From positions 256,001-320,000 of the forward strand of contig CAVUCU010000004.1 in the NCBI GenBank assembly GCA_963740085.1: a stretch of DNA of 64,000 bases, read 5' to 3'. The notes beneath the pieces were generated by a model. That model searched no databases and was not told where the DNA came from. It saw only the letters and a program-made list of their open reading frames with translations. Numbering within the stretch: the stretch's first letter is position 1; each line of letters starts with the position of its first letter. This document shows positions 19,809 to 30,436 of the stretch, piece by piece. The stretch comes from Nitrospirota bacterium. GTDB taxonomy: Bacteria; Nitrospirota; UBA9217. The position numbers and the translations under genes are program-made.

Positions 19809-20873
19809 ATGAAAAATACTCTGAGTAGAAGAGATTTTTTCAGGAGGGCCGGGATCGGAGCCGTTGGATTAGGGTTCGGAGTTTCTCTTTTTGACGGGAT
19901 ATATCAATATGCCGAGGCGGCTTCAGAAGAAGAAAAACATGCCCTCCTCATGAAAGGCTCGGTAAATTTCATGGGATTCATGGCGAAAGAGATCACTCCG
20001 AATGATGAATTCTATATCACGACCTACTCGGATACCGTGCCGGTCATTGACCCCAGGAAATTCAGTTTAAGGATCGAGGGCCTGGTCGAAAAACCGTATA
20101 CGCTCAACCTGAAAGAACTTGAAGAGATGAAGGACAAGACCGAATTCGTCACGCTTGAGTGTATCGGCAACCCTGTCGGAGGAGATTCGATCAGCAACGC
20201 TCTCTGGGACGGCGTGACGCTGAAAAAAATAATAGACAAGGCGGTCCCTCAAAAAGGGATCGTGAAGACGGTCTTTTATGCCGAAGATGGCTACAGTGAC
20301 AGCATCCCGTATTCCCTTTCACTCTCGGAAGACGTATTTCTCGCGTACAAAATGAACGGAGAGCCTCTTCCCGGGAAGCATGGATATCCACTGAGAGCGA
20401 TCGTTCCCGGCATATATGGAATGAAACACGTCAAATGGCTCTCGAAGATAGAACTCGTTAATTTCGATTTCAAGGGATACTGGGAGAAAAAAGGATGGTC
20501 TGATGAGGCAATTATTCCCGATAAGTCGCAAATTTTGATGCCGATGGATGGAAAAACGATACAGCCAGGCAATTACGTTATCGGCGGAGTTGCATTTGCC
20601 GGAAGGTATGGAATAAGCAAGGTACAGGTATCGCTCGATAATAAGAGGACGTGGCATGATGCCGAAATTAAGCCGCCACTTTCGAAGTGGTCATGGACGC
20701 TCTGGAGCTACGACTGGAAACCTTCAAAACAGGGAGAATATACGATAACCGTTCGGGGAATCGACAAAGCGGGAAAAGTCCAGGAGTCCGCATCTCTGCT
20801 GGGAACGTTATTCCGTTCATTTCCTGATGGCGCAAAAGGTCTTCATTCCGTAAACGTGGATATAAGAAAATAA
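19809..20873 (+). CDS. Tat-exported molybdopterin oxidoreductase, sulfite oxidase/MsrP(YedY) family, with C-terminal dimerisation domain
   Basis: SRRDFF Tat motif; ITPNDEFY, TLECIGN (Mo-Cys), HGYPLRAIVPGIYGMKHVKWL. Confidence 0.9.
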   Translation: MKNTLSRRDFFRRAGIGAVGLGFGVSLFDGIYQYAEAASEEEKHALLMKGSVNFMGFMAKEITPNDEFYITTYSDTVPVIDPRKFSLRIEGLVEKPYTLNLKELEEMKDKTEFVTLECIGNPVGGDSISNALWDGVTLKKIIDKAVPQKGIVKTVFYAEDGYSDSIPYSLSLSEDVFLAYKMNGEPLPGKHGYPLRAIVPGIYGMKHVKWLSKIELVNFDFKGYWEKKGWSDEAIIPDKSQILMPMDGKTIQPGNYVIGGVAFAGRYGISKVQVSLDNKRTWHDAEIKPPLSKWSWTLWSYDWKPSKQGEYTITVRGIDKAGKVQESASLLGTLFRSFPDGAKGLHSVNVDIRK

Positions 20874-20927
20874 CGGAATGACAAGGGGTTCTGAGGCAAT
20901 ATCCGCGGTGGGAACCTTTGTCACTCT

Positions 20928-20949
20928 TGGCGGAGCTGAGGGAGAATCT
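20928..20949 (-). repeat. Short degenerate tRNA-Ala 3'-end fragment
   Basis: TGGCGGAGCTGAGGGAGAATC matches the copies at 29901 and 59361. Confidence 0.5.
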
Positions 20950-21039
20950 CGCGCGTGCGCTCGATTCAGCACAGTAGTAGCGCAGTGGGATCGAAGACAT
21001 TCATGTTGACGGCCGTTGCGTAAACTGCTGCGGTTGAAA

Positions 21040-21100
21040 CACACAAGGCGATGGAGTTCGCCGAAACCGCCCCTTTTCTCAGGGCTGATGACTCCTACTC
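21040..21100 (+). ncRNA. Fluoride riboswitch (crcB motif)
   Basis: GGCGATGGAGTTCGCC..AAACCGC..GCTGATGACTCCTAC matches the crcB consensus. Confidence 0.9.
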
Positions 21101-21128
21101 TCAATCTAAATGAGGGCAGGAGTTTTTT
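21091..21128 (+). terminator. Intrinsic terminator of the riboswitch expression platform
   Basis: ACTCCTACTCTCA..TGAGGGCAGGAGT followed by a T-run; overlaps the aptamer 3' strand. Confidence 0.75.
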
Positions 21129-21364
21129 ATGCCCGGAAGGGGACAGAGAATGCAAAGCGAGTATCGAGTGTTGCGCGCCAAAAAAAGAGGTTCGTATGCT
21201 AAACTATATTATAATCATCACAAGTCGACGAGCATCAGGACTTGAAGCGGCCAGGGCGTCCAGGGCGTCCGCCAGGTCCGAACGGCTTTTAAAACAGGAG
21301 GAGTTTGGTTCAAAGGCGACCTTTAGGGGCGGATTACAACTGTTAGTCAGGAGAGGAATTATAC

Positions 21365-21835
21365 ATGCTTGAGATCGATATTCCCGGATTCGGCCTGGTG
21401 AAATTGGAGTACCTGGTGTCGGACTTTTCCGGCACCTTGTCCGTGAATGGGCAACTTATACCGAAGGTGGACTTGATGTTGAATAAAATCTCGAAGTTTA
21501 TGAAAATCCACATTCTCACGGCGGATACCTTCGGCAAGGCGCGGGGTGAATTGACAGGCATCAACTGCGAAATACATATTCTGAACGGGGGTGGCCACGA
21601 CGTGCAAAAAGAAGAGTTTGCAGCAAAACTCGGCGCGGAGAATGTCGTCGCTTTCGGGAACGGGAACAATGACCGGAGGATGCTTAAATCTTCGCGGATC
21701 GGCATTGCGGTGTCAGAGGGAGAAGGATGCGCTGTCGACGCGATCACGGCGGCGAATATCCACGTGCGAAGCGCAATCGACGGTCTCGACTTATTGCTTA
21801 ATCCGAAGAGGCTTAAGGCGACATTGCGGTTTTGA
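21365..21835 (+). CDS. HAD-superfamily hydrolase (soluble P-type-ATPase-like)
   Basis: SDFSGTL, LTADTFG, AFGNGNND motifs. Confidence 0.85.
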   Translation: MLEIDIPGFGLVKLEYLVSDFSGTLSVNGQLIPKVDLMLNKISKFMKIHILTADTFGKARGELTGINCEIHILNGGGHDVQKEEFAAKLGAENVVAFGNGNNDRRMLKSSRIGIAVSEGEGCAVDAITAANIHVRSAIDGLDLLLNPKRLKATLRF

Positions 21836-21850
21836 CCAGAGAACGGCGCT

Positions 21851-22231
21851 ATGACCACATGCCCTTTTTGCACGATAGTTCCTGAAAAGATCATTGCTCA
21901 GAATGACCATACGTTTACCGTCAGGGACACACTGCCGGTTTCACCGGGTCACACGTTGATCGTGCCGAAGCGCCATATTGCATCAATCTTCGAAGCGACA
22001 AAGGATGAAGTAGCCGCTTTGTGGGAGTCCTTGCAACAGGCACGCACACAGTTACTCAAGGAATTCTCTCCCGACGGTTTCAACCTCGGCATCAACGATG
22101 GATTGGCAGGGGGTCAGACCATCCTGCACCTGCATATTCACATTATCCCGCGCTATAAGGGCGATATGCCGGACCCACGAGGCGGCATCCGCTGGATCTT
22201 CCCGGACAAGGCGGTTTATTGGAAAGATTGA
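21851..22231 (+). CDS. HIT family hydrolase
   Basis: CPFC, PGHTLIVPKRH, HLHIHIIPR. Confidence 0.92.
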   Translation: MTTCPFCTIVPEKIIAQNDHTFTVRDTLPVSPGHTLIVPKRHIASIFEATKDEVAALWESLQQARTQLLKEFSPDGFNLGINDGLAGGQTILHLHIHIIPRYKGDMPDPRGGIRWIFPDKAVYWKD

Positions 22232-22253
22232 GCGCCGAACGTTTATCACCCAT

Positions 22254-22781
22254 TTATGCAGCTCTCGATTTTTGCGCCACGCTGCGAATCATCTTCATGA
22301 TTTCCCGCATGAATGCGGGCAGGTCCGAGGGCTGCCGCGAAGTCACGAGATTGCCGTCCACAACCACTTCTTTGTCCTCGTAGATAGCTCCGGCAGCCTT
22401 CAATTCGTCCACAACAGTCCGGTAACAGGTGGCGTGCCTGCCTTTCAACAGCCCCGCGGTGATCAGTGTCTGCGGTCCGTGGCAGATGGCGGCAACAGGC
22501 TTGCCCTTCAGGAAAAAGTCCCGAGCGATCTCCACTGCCTTCGGCTCCTTTCGCACCGCTTCGGGCGCCTTGCCTCCGGGAAGCACCAGAATGTCGTAGT
22601 CCTCAGGTCTGACCTCCATCAAGGTCTTGGTCACTTCTACTTCGTAGCCGTGCTTGCCCTTGATTGGCTGATTCTTCATTGACGCAACGTCCACTTCGAT
22701 CCCTTCTTCAAGCAACCGATAGTAGGGAACGAGAAGTTCCGAGTCCTCATATGTGTCCGCGCTGATGAACAATGCTTTCAT
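22254..22781 (-). CDS. pfpI: PfpI/DJ-1 family protein (type 1 glutamine amidotransferase-like)
   Basis: YEDSEL, LPGG, AAICHGP, NLVTSR; GGAGG RBS. Confidence 0.9.
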   Translation of the reverse strand: MKALFISADTYEDSELLVPYYRLLEEGIEVDVASMKNQPIKGKHGYEVEVTKTLMEVRPEDYDILVLPGGKAPEAVRKEPKAVEIARDFFLKGKPVAAICHGPQTLITAGLLKGRHATCYRTVVDELKAAGAIYEDKEVVVDGNLVTSRQPSDLPAFMREIMKMIRSVAQKSRAA

Positions 22782-23058
22782 GGGATAACCTCCTCTGTTA
22801 GAATTATAACTGTCGTGAAGACCTGCAGCCGTCATTTTTTCATGAACCTCTGCGGTGCGATATTTTATTTTACCGCATTCTTGAAAATATTTCTCTGTTG
22901 CAATTGACTTAAGCATATATTTCGATTACGATTTAAGTATACCGTCATTCTGATCGTGGCACCCCATGATTTGAATTCTGGGGAAATGCCATCAGAGAAA
23001 CAGTGCGATGCTGAAAAACCGAGGGTTTTTCTTTCCTTATGAGAAGGAGGGTCAACAT

Positions 23059-24114
23059 TTGCCGGAAGAGATCGTAGAAACTTTTCAAGTGAAGCGCCTG
23101 ACTGTTCTCGATGAAAAGGGAAATAGCAGCGGTAGGCCTGTGCCTTCGCTGACTGATGAAGAATTAAAGCGGATGTACGAGCTTCTCGTTCTTGCGAGGA
23201 CCTTTGATCAACGCGCCTTGAGCCTCCAGCGTGAGGGACGGCTCGGTACCTATCCCTCCATCCTGGGACAGGAGGCATCGCAGCTCGGAAGCGCTCTGGC
23301 GGTGGAAAAAGGAGACTGGCAGTTTCCGTCCTTTCGGGAAAGCGGCGTTTATATCGCCCTTGGTTTTCCAATGCACCTGCTTTTTCAGTATTGGGCCGGC
23401 GATGAGCGGGGCATGAGTATCCCAGAGGGGATGAACATCTTTCCCCCGTCTATTCCTGTGGGCACTCAGATTCCCCATGCCGTAGGCGCTGCGATGGCGG
23501 CAAAGTACCGGAAAGATCGCGCTGCCGCGCTCGTTTATTTCGGCGACGGCGGCAGTTCGCGCGGTGATTTCCATGAGGGAATGAACATGGCTGGCGTGTT
23601 CAAGCTCCCTGTGGTCTTTCTATGCCAGAACAATCAATGGGCCATATCCCTTCCCCGGGAGCGTCAGACCGCGTCAAAGACCATTGCGCAGAAGGCGGTT
23701 GCCTACGGCTTCGAAGGCATCCAGGTAGACGGAAACGACTTCCTTGCTGTATTCAAAGCGACAACGGACGCCCTGGCAAAGGCGAAAGACGGCGGCGGCC
23801 CGACCCTGATCGAGAGCGTTACCTACCGGATGTCGGACCATACGACATCAGATGACGCGAGCCGCTACCGGTCGAAGGAAGAAATCGAGCAGTGGAAGGC
23901 ACGAGACCCGCTTTTGCGGATGCGGTTGTACCTGGAGAAAAAAGGCCTTGTGACCGACGCATCCCAGAAGGAAATCGAAGCCAGGGCAAAGACCATGGTC
24001 GACGAGGCCCAGAAAAAGGCCGAGTCCGCGGCCCCGCCTGGTCCCAAGGACATGTTCACCTATACTTACACGAGCCTCACGCAGAGGCAGGCTCGCGAGA
24101 TAAAGGATTTCTGA
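23059..24114 (+). CDS. pdhA: Pyruvate (2-oxoacid) dehydrogenase E1 alpha
   Basis: TPP motif [22 protein letters not shown]; [11 protein letters not shown]. Confidence 0.85.
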   Translation: MPEEIVETFQVKRLTVLDEKGNSSGRPVPSLTDEELKRMYELLVLARTFDQRALSLQREGRLGTYPSILGQEASQLGSALAVEKGDWQFPSFRESGVYIALGFPMHLLFQYWAGDERGMSIPEGMNIFPPSIPVGTQIPHAVGAAMAAKYRKDRAAALVYFGDGGSSRGDFHEGMNMAGVFKLPVVFLCQNNQWAISLPRERQTASKTIAQKAVAYGFEGIQVDGNDFLAVFKATTDALAKAKDGGGPTLIESVTYRMSDHTTSDDASRYRSKEEIEQWKARDPLLRMRLYLEKKGLVTDASQKEIEARAKTMVDEAQKKAESAAPPGPKDMFTYTYTSLTQRQAREIKDF

Positions 24115-24115
24115 T

Positions 24116-25080
24116 ATGGCGATAATGAATATGGTCCAGGCCCTGAACCTGGCTTTGAAGGAAGAAATGGAGCGGGACAAGGACGTCGTCATACTCGGCG
24201 AGGACGTGGGAAAGGACGGAGGCGTGTTCCGGGTGACCGAAGGCCTCTACAACCGCTTCGGCCCGAGCGCGTTATCGATACGCCTCTTGCCGAGACAGGC
24301 ATCGTTGGTGCTGCTATTGGCATGGCCGTTTACGGATTGAAGCCCGTGGTTGAGATCCAATTCATGGGATTCATTTACTCCGCCATTGACCAGATATTTT
24401 CGCACGCGGCGAGAATCCGTTCGCGCTCGCGCGGGAGGTTCACGGCATCCCTTGTCATCCGCACGCCCTACGGGGCGGGCGTAAAAGCTCTCGAGCACCA
24501 CTCCGAAAGCACGGAGGCCATTTTTTGCCAGATGCCGGGCGTAAAAGTGGTCGTCCCGTCGTCGCCGCTAATCGCAAAAGGTCTGCTTCTATCGGCCATC
24601 AGGGATCCGGACCCCGTGCTCTTTCTTGAACCTACAAGGCTCTACCGCATGATCAAAGATGAGGTTCCGGAGATCGATTACACGGTCCCCCTGGGAAAGG
24701 CCCGAATCGTTCAGGAAGGGACGGATGTCACTGTGATCGCCTGGGGCAGCATGCTCCAGCGGACGATGAAGGCAGTGGAGGGATTCAATGCCGAGGTGAT
24801 AGACCTCGTGACACTTTCTCCCTTTGATGAAGAGGCGGTGCTTGAATCCGCAAAAAAAACGGGCAGGGTCGTGATCGTGCACGAAGCGCCATCCATGTGC
24901 GGTCTGGGCGCCGAACTCTCTGCAACGATCGCCGAGTTTGCCATGCTTCATCTGAAGGCCCCTATCGTCCGAGTTACGGCATACAACGTCGTCCTCCCCC
25001 TACCGAAGCTTGAGGACCAGTACCTGCCGTCCATCGATAAAATACGAAAAGCCATAGAGACGGTGCTGCAGTACAAATAA
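24116..25080 (+). CDS. pdhB: Pyruvate (2-oxoacid) dehydrogenase E1 beta (apparent 1-nt deletion at ~24265)
   Basis: [14 protein letters not shown], then DTPLAE..VEIQF..HHSES in the shifted frame. Confidence 0.85.
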
Positions 25081-25097
25081 AGAATGGAGAACTTCTC

Positions 25098-25343
25098 CTT
25101 CTCGCAAAGCACGCAAATTTCGCAAAGAAGGGCTTGAAACGTGATCTCCGGTTTTTAAAAAAGTCTTGCGTCATTGCCGTGCTTAGAGAGAGGCGCATTG
25201 CTTTTGGATGAATTTTGAAAAATTCGTAAGAAGTCAAGATTTGGCACACAGAGAGCACATAAGTAAGACCTTTACACAATAAAGATTATTTCTGTGCCTT
25301 ATGCGCATTTTGCGGCTAAAAAACTTTTTTCGAATTTATCAAT
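25098..25343. repeat. Two adjacent REP/MITE-like palindromic elements
   Basis: CTCGCAAAGCACGCAAA..TTGCCGTGCTTAGAGAG; second element with outer arms TTCGTAAGAAGTC / ACTTTTTTCGAATTTATCAA. Confidence 0.55.
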
Positions 25344-25362
25344 TTTATAACCAAGGGAGAAG

Positions 25363-26631
25363 ATGATCATGGCTTTCGATTTTATACTACCCGACCTGGG
25401 CGAGGGGATTACCGAGGCTGAGATCAGGAAATGGCTTATCAAAGAGGGCGATGTCGTAGAAGAGCACCAGTCCGTCGTGGAGATCGAAACGGACAAGGCC
25501 GTCGTGGAAGTGCCGTCGCCCGTGGGCGGAACGATCCTCAAGATCGCCCGGGAAGAAGGGGAGACCGTCAAGGTCGGCGAAGTGCTCCTGGTCATCGGCG
25601 GAGCAGACGAGAAGGCCGAAGCGCCGCGGCCGCCGGAGAAGCCGAAGACCACTGAACGACCGAAGTCGGTTTCCGTCGTTGGTGAGCTTCCGGAAGAAGA
25701 GGAGGAAGTAAAGCCCGCTGTGGGGGGCCGTCCCAAGCCGGCGCCTGCCCCCCTGGTTCAGGTTGAGAAACAAGGGGCCGTAATCCTCGCTGCGCCTGCG
25801 GTGCGGGCCCTTGCAAGGGAGAAGGGAGTTAATCTGGAAAAGGTCACGGGCTCGGGGCCAGGCGGGAGCATTACGAGCGAGGACGTGCAGAAGGCCATGA
25901 GGCAGCCTGCGAAGGCCGAAGAAGAGGCCGCTGTAGAGCGCATTGCCATAAGGGGAGTCAGAAAGACCATCGCAAGAAACCTCGTGATCGCCCAAAAGAC
26001 CACGGCCTTTGTAACGGAAATGGACGATGCCGACGTTACCGACCTCTCGAACCTCCTGGCGAGGGAGAAGAAGAGACTCGAGGGAGAAGGGGTCCATCTA
26101 ACTTTCATGCCTTTTATCATGAAGGCCGTGCAACATTCGCTCATGGACTTCAGCACCTTTAATGCCTCGGTCGACGAACAAAAAGAAGAGATCATGGTAA
26201 AAAAGTTTTATAACATCGGCGTTGCCGTGGACACACCCGATGGTTTGATCGTCCCCGTGGTCAGGGATGTCGAAAACAAGACCATACGTGAGCTTGCTGC
26301 AGAACTCAAGGATTTAAGCGAAAAGGCGCGGAAGCGCACGATTAAGCTCGAGGACCTGAAGGGGAGTAGCTTTACGATCACCAACTACGGCACCTACGGA
26401 GCTAGGTTCGCAACACCTATCATCAACTATCCTGATGTGGCGATCCTGGGGACCGGAAAAATATCTGACAAGCCCTGGGTCAAGGATGGTCAGGTTATTA
26501 TCCGGAAGATTTTGCCGCTTTCGCTTACCTTCGATCACCGTGTAAATGACGGGGCAGAAGCGGCAAAATTCCTGACGCGGCTCATCGCTTACCTCGAAGA
26601 CCCGGCGGCGATCTTCATCGAAAGTGCATAA
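25363..26631 (+). CDS. pdhC: Dihydrolipoamide acyltransferase E2
   Basis: Lipoyl domain ETDKAVVEVPSP, E3-binding APAVRALARE, catalytic FDHRVNDG. Confidence 0.9.
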   Translation: MIMAFDFILPDLGEGITEAEIRKWLIKEGDVVEEHQSVVEIETDKAVVEVPSPVGGTILKIAREEGETVKVGEVLLVIGGADEKAEAPRPPEKPKTTERPKSVSVVGELPEEEEEVKPAVGGRPKPAPAPLVQVEKQGAVILAAPAVRALAREKGVNLEKVTGSGPGGSITSEDVQKAMRQPAKAEEEAAVERIAIRGVRKTIARNLVIAQKTTAFVTEMDDADVTDLSNLLAREKKRLEGEGVHLTFMPFIMKAVQHSLMDFSTFNASVDEQKEEIMVKKFYNIGVAVDTPDGLIVPVVRDVENKTIRELAAELKDLSEKARKRTIKLEDLKGSSFTITNYGTYGARFATPIINYPDVAILGTGKISDKPWVKDGQVIIRKILPLSLTFDHRVNDGAEAAKFLTRLIAYLEDPAAIFIESA

Positions 26632-26856
26632 AGGCGTGGATTATTGAGCAATAGCTCCTTCCTGAATGCTGCAAATAGTCATCATCATAAGCGTTCCTGC
26701 TGCACCGCCACACGAACTCGCGCGTGGCTTGTTTATGAAATTTAATGTTGAAAACCCCATGCCTTCCGGCCTCCATAACATCGGGCGACAGGCAGCCTGA
26801 ATGAACGGCGAGTCTCCTGCATCCTCCGATCCAGACAGCAGCATGAGTGTACGACC

Positions 26857-29762
26857 ATGACGATGGACAAAGACATCGATATCGAGGTGATGATACGCAG
26901 AATAGGCCAAGAGCTTTTTTCTGCGATAAGGGAAACACCTCCGGCATTCGATAGGAAGACATGGACCGGCAGGATCATGAATTGGTCCATGAAGCAGGAA
27001 GATCTCAAGATCAGGCTCTTCAGGTTCATCGATGTGCTGCCATCGCTTCGGTCCGACGAGCAGGTGACCCGGCTGTTGCAGGAGTATTTCTCCGGTGATG
27101 CCGATCTGCCCAAGCTCATCAGCGGAGGCATCGGATTGCTCTCAGGGACGGGGTTCGTTGCGGGGCCGGTGATCAGAAAAAGCGTCGAGTCCATGGCCCG
27201 GCAGTTCATAGCGGGAAAAGACGCCAATGATGCCAAGAACACCCTCAATGAACTGCGAAAAGACGGCAGTGGGTTCAGCATCGACCTGTTAGGCGAGGCT
27301 GTTGTGAGCGACAAGGAGGCTTTGGAGTATGCCGGGCGCTATCTGGCGCTTCTCGATTTCATCCATGAGAGCCTTCCTGACGAGGCAGGAACTGATGTGT
27401 CGTTCAAGGTTTCTTCTCTGTATTCACAACTTGACCCCCGTGATTGGGATGGCTCCATCGCCAGGACCAAGGAGAATTTGCGCCCGATCCTCCGGCAAGC
27501 AAAAGCGCTTAGAATATAGTTACCTTTGACATGGAACAGTATTATTATAAGGACCTCACCATTGCAATTTTCAAAAGCATTCTCGAGGAAGAGGAGTTCA
27601 GAGAGCTTCCGACTGCATGTATAGCACTTCAAGCATATCTGAAGGATACGGAACAGGATATCTCAGCCCTGACAGCGTGGGCCAGGGAACAATCGAGAAA
27701 GTTCACTATCCGTCTCGTGAAAGGCGCCTACTGGGACTATGAGATCGTGATGAACCGTCAGAAGGGGTGGCCCGTGCCTGTCTTTTTGAGCAAGGAGGAA
27801 ACGGACCTTAACTTCGAGCGGCTCACCCTGCTCCTCTTCAAACACCATGACGCAGTTCGCCCCGCGATCGCCACGCACAATCTGAGGAGCATCAGCCATG
27901 CAATTGCCGCAGCAGATGCATTGAATATCCCGAAACAGGACTACGAATTTCAGATGCTCTACGGCATGGCTGATCCTATCCGGAAAGCGCTTCGCGAGCG
28001 CGGGCTCAACGTACGGACGTATACTCCGGTTGGAGAGTTGATTCCGGGCATGGCCTACCTGGTCAGGAGGCTTCTCGAAAATACATCCAATGAGTCTTTC
28101 CTCAGAAAATCCTTCAACAAGGAGACCTCTTTTGATGAACTGATACGGCCTCCCCAATCGCAGGAGACCTCTGAAGAGGAGATGCCGGATGATGCCTTTC
28201 GGAACGAAGCTCCCTGTGATTTTTCCATCAGCCTGAACAGAACGATGATGGCCGATGCGCTCCGGAGTATCAAAAAGCACGGAGACAGGGAGTATCCGCT
28301 CCTCATCGGCAAACACGAGGTCAGAACGGATCGGAAAATTCCATCATACAATCCGGCAAGCCCCCACGAGGTCGTCGGAACGGTATCATTCGCAGGCATC
28401 CCGGAAGCCGATGCGGCGATCGATGAAGCCCGCAAGGAAGCCGCATCATGGCGAATGATTGCTCCTGAAATGAGAGCGGGATATCTTTTTCAGGCAGCCG
28501 AGATTATGCGAAAGCAGCGTTTTGAGCTTGCGGCACTGGAGGTCGTAGAGGTCGGGAAAACATGGGCGGATGCGGACGGCGACGTGTGTGAAGCGATCGA
28601 TTATCTCGAATATTACGGCAGGGAGATGAAGCGGCTCGCCAGGCCGAGGGTCCTCCTGCAGTATCAGGGCGAGGACAATGAATATCGATATCAACCAAAA
28701 GGGATCGGCGTCGTGATAGCTCCCTGGAATTTCCCCCTGGCAATTGCGACGGGAATGGCCTCTGCGGCCATTGTGGCCGGGAACTGCGTACTGTTCAAAC
28801 CTTCAGGCCTGTCGCCGGTACTAGGGTACCGGCTGGTTGATACGTTCAGGTCCGTGGGCCTCCCGGCGGGCGTGCTTCAGTTCCTTCCCGGGCCGGGGAG
28901 CGAAGTTGGAGAATATCTCGTTTCTCATCCTGCTGTTGATTTCATCGCGTTTACCGGGTCAATGGACGTTGGCCTCAGGATCGTACAACGAGCGGGGGAG
29001 ACGAAGCCCGGCCAGCGGAACGTCAAGAAGGTTGTAGCTGAAATGGGAGGGAAAAATGCGGTCATCGTGGACGAAACCGCCGATCTTGACGAGGCGGTGA
29101 AAGGCATCGTTGAATCGGCCTTCGGGTATCAGGGGCAAAAGTGTTCCGCCTGTTCGCGGGTGATCGTCATCGGCGGAATATTCGATGAGCTCTGCGGTCG
29201 CCTCGTGGATGCAGCCGATAGCCTGCGGATCGGCCCGCCTGAAGACCCGGCCAATCTTCTCGGCCCCGTTATTGATGAAGCGGCGCTGAAAAAAATAAAG
29301 GCATACATAGAGACCGGAAAGACGGAGGGAAGGGTCGTTCTCGAAAAAAAAGTTTCCCCAACCGGTCATTTTGTCGGCCCCGTTATATTCACTGACGCGC
29401 CTCCTTTGTCCCGCATTGCGACAGAGGAGATTTTCGGGCCCGTGCTTACGATTCTGAGGGCAAAGAACCTGGATGAGGCTATCGGAATGGCAAATGAAAG
29501 CTTCTATGCGCTCACGGGCGGTCTCTATTCCCGCAGTCCCGCAGCAGTACAAAAAGTGAAAGAGGAATTCCGCGTCGGGAATCTTTATATCAACAGGAAA
29601 ATTACCGGCGCTCTCGTGGGCAGACAGCCGTTCGGTGGATTCGGCATGTCCGGGGTCGGTTCAAAATCCGGTGGGCCGGACTATCTTCTTCAGTTCATGA
29701 ATCCAGTCAGCATAAGTGAAAATACTCTCAGAAGGGGGTTTGCGCCGTTTCAAAAAGAGTGA
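26857..29762 (+). CDS. putA: Bifunctional proline dehydrogenase / P5C dehydrogenase (apparent frameshift at ~27518)
   Basis: LFRFIDVLP, DLLGE, RLVKGAYWDYE, AYLVRRLLENTSN, EMGGKN, GQKCSACSR. Confidence 0.92.
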
Positions 29763-29860
29763 TCAGATTTGCGTATTTCTTTGCAACACATGAAATGACA
29801 ACCCGCATTTGCTGAAAATTTTGCAACGCTCTCTCTTGGGATGATCTTCTAACGGAAGCG

Positions 29861-30108
29861 AAAAACAGGTTGACCTTTCGGTCAACCCATTTCTTTTTTT
29901 TGTGGAGCTGAGGGGGAATCTCTAGCGCTTCGCTTCCACAGGGGCCTGCCCCCTATGGCGGCCGATTATTCTGTCCTGTGACCCCCGAGGAATGAGGGAA
30001 TTCTTCCCTCATACTATCCTGGTTGGATCCCCCACATCAAAGGGCCGACCTTTCGGTCAATCCTTTGTCTTTTCCTGGTGGAGCGAACCCCTGACCCCAA
30101 GACTGCCA
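29861..30108 (-). repeat. tRNA-Ala(GGC) 3'-fragment repeat unit with terminator hairpins (att-like)
   Basis: GTGGAGCTGAGGGGGAATC at 29902; TGGTGGAGC[11-nt deletion]GAACCCCTGACCCCAAGACTGCCA at 30076-30108; homologous to 59361-59563. Confidence 0.75.
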
Positions 30109-30306
30109 GGGTCGTTTTTGAAGCCTCAACCATCCCCCTCCGTTGTCTTTTTGTGCTTTTTCTTACCCTTCTCTACTCTTAAAATGAAAGTTATAGAGCA
30201 CTAAAGGTGATCTTAATCACGGATTTGTCTATTGACTCGTGCTGTAATAAAGAATAATTGTCTTCATGATTGAAATAAATACAGATGATGTCGTCATTCA
30301 ATAGCC

Positions 30307-30375
30307 ATGAGAAAAAAACGTCACAACTATACACCTGAGGGAAAAGTTGCTATCCTCAAGCGTAACCTGCGAAGG
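30307..30375 (+). pseudogene. IS3-family transposase OrfA N-terminal remnant
   Basis: MRKKRHNYTPEGKVAILKRNL resembles an IS3 OrfA start; similarity ends after ~22 codons. Confidence 0.55.
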
Positions 30376-30436
30376 GGTTCCACCGAACATCTCCGAGGCC
30401 ATTCGGGACTAGAGTCTGGACAGACGGGTGAACTGA

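Noticed and set aside
21016-21372. 118-aa ORF
   Set aside because: Runs through the fluoride riboswitch and its terminator; no recognisable protein features
27517-27519. TAG in putA as possible pyrrolysine or readthrough
   Set aside because: The downstream half is in a different frame, so this is a frameshift, not an in-frame stop
29861-30108. CRISPR array
   Set aside because: Only two tRNA-derived copies with a long palindromic spacer; no regular repeat-spacer period and no cas genes
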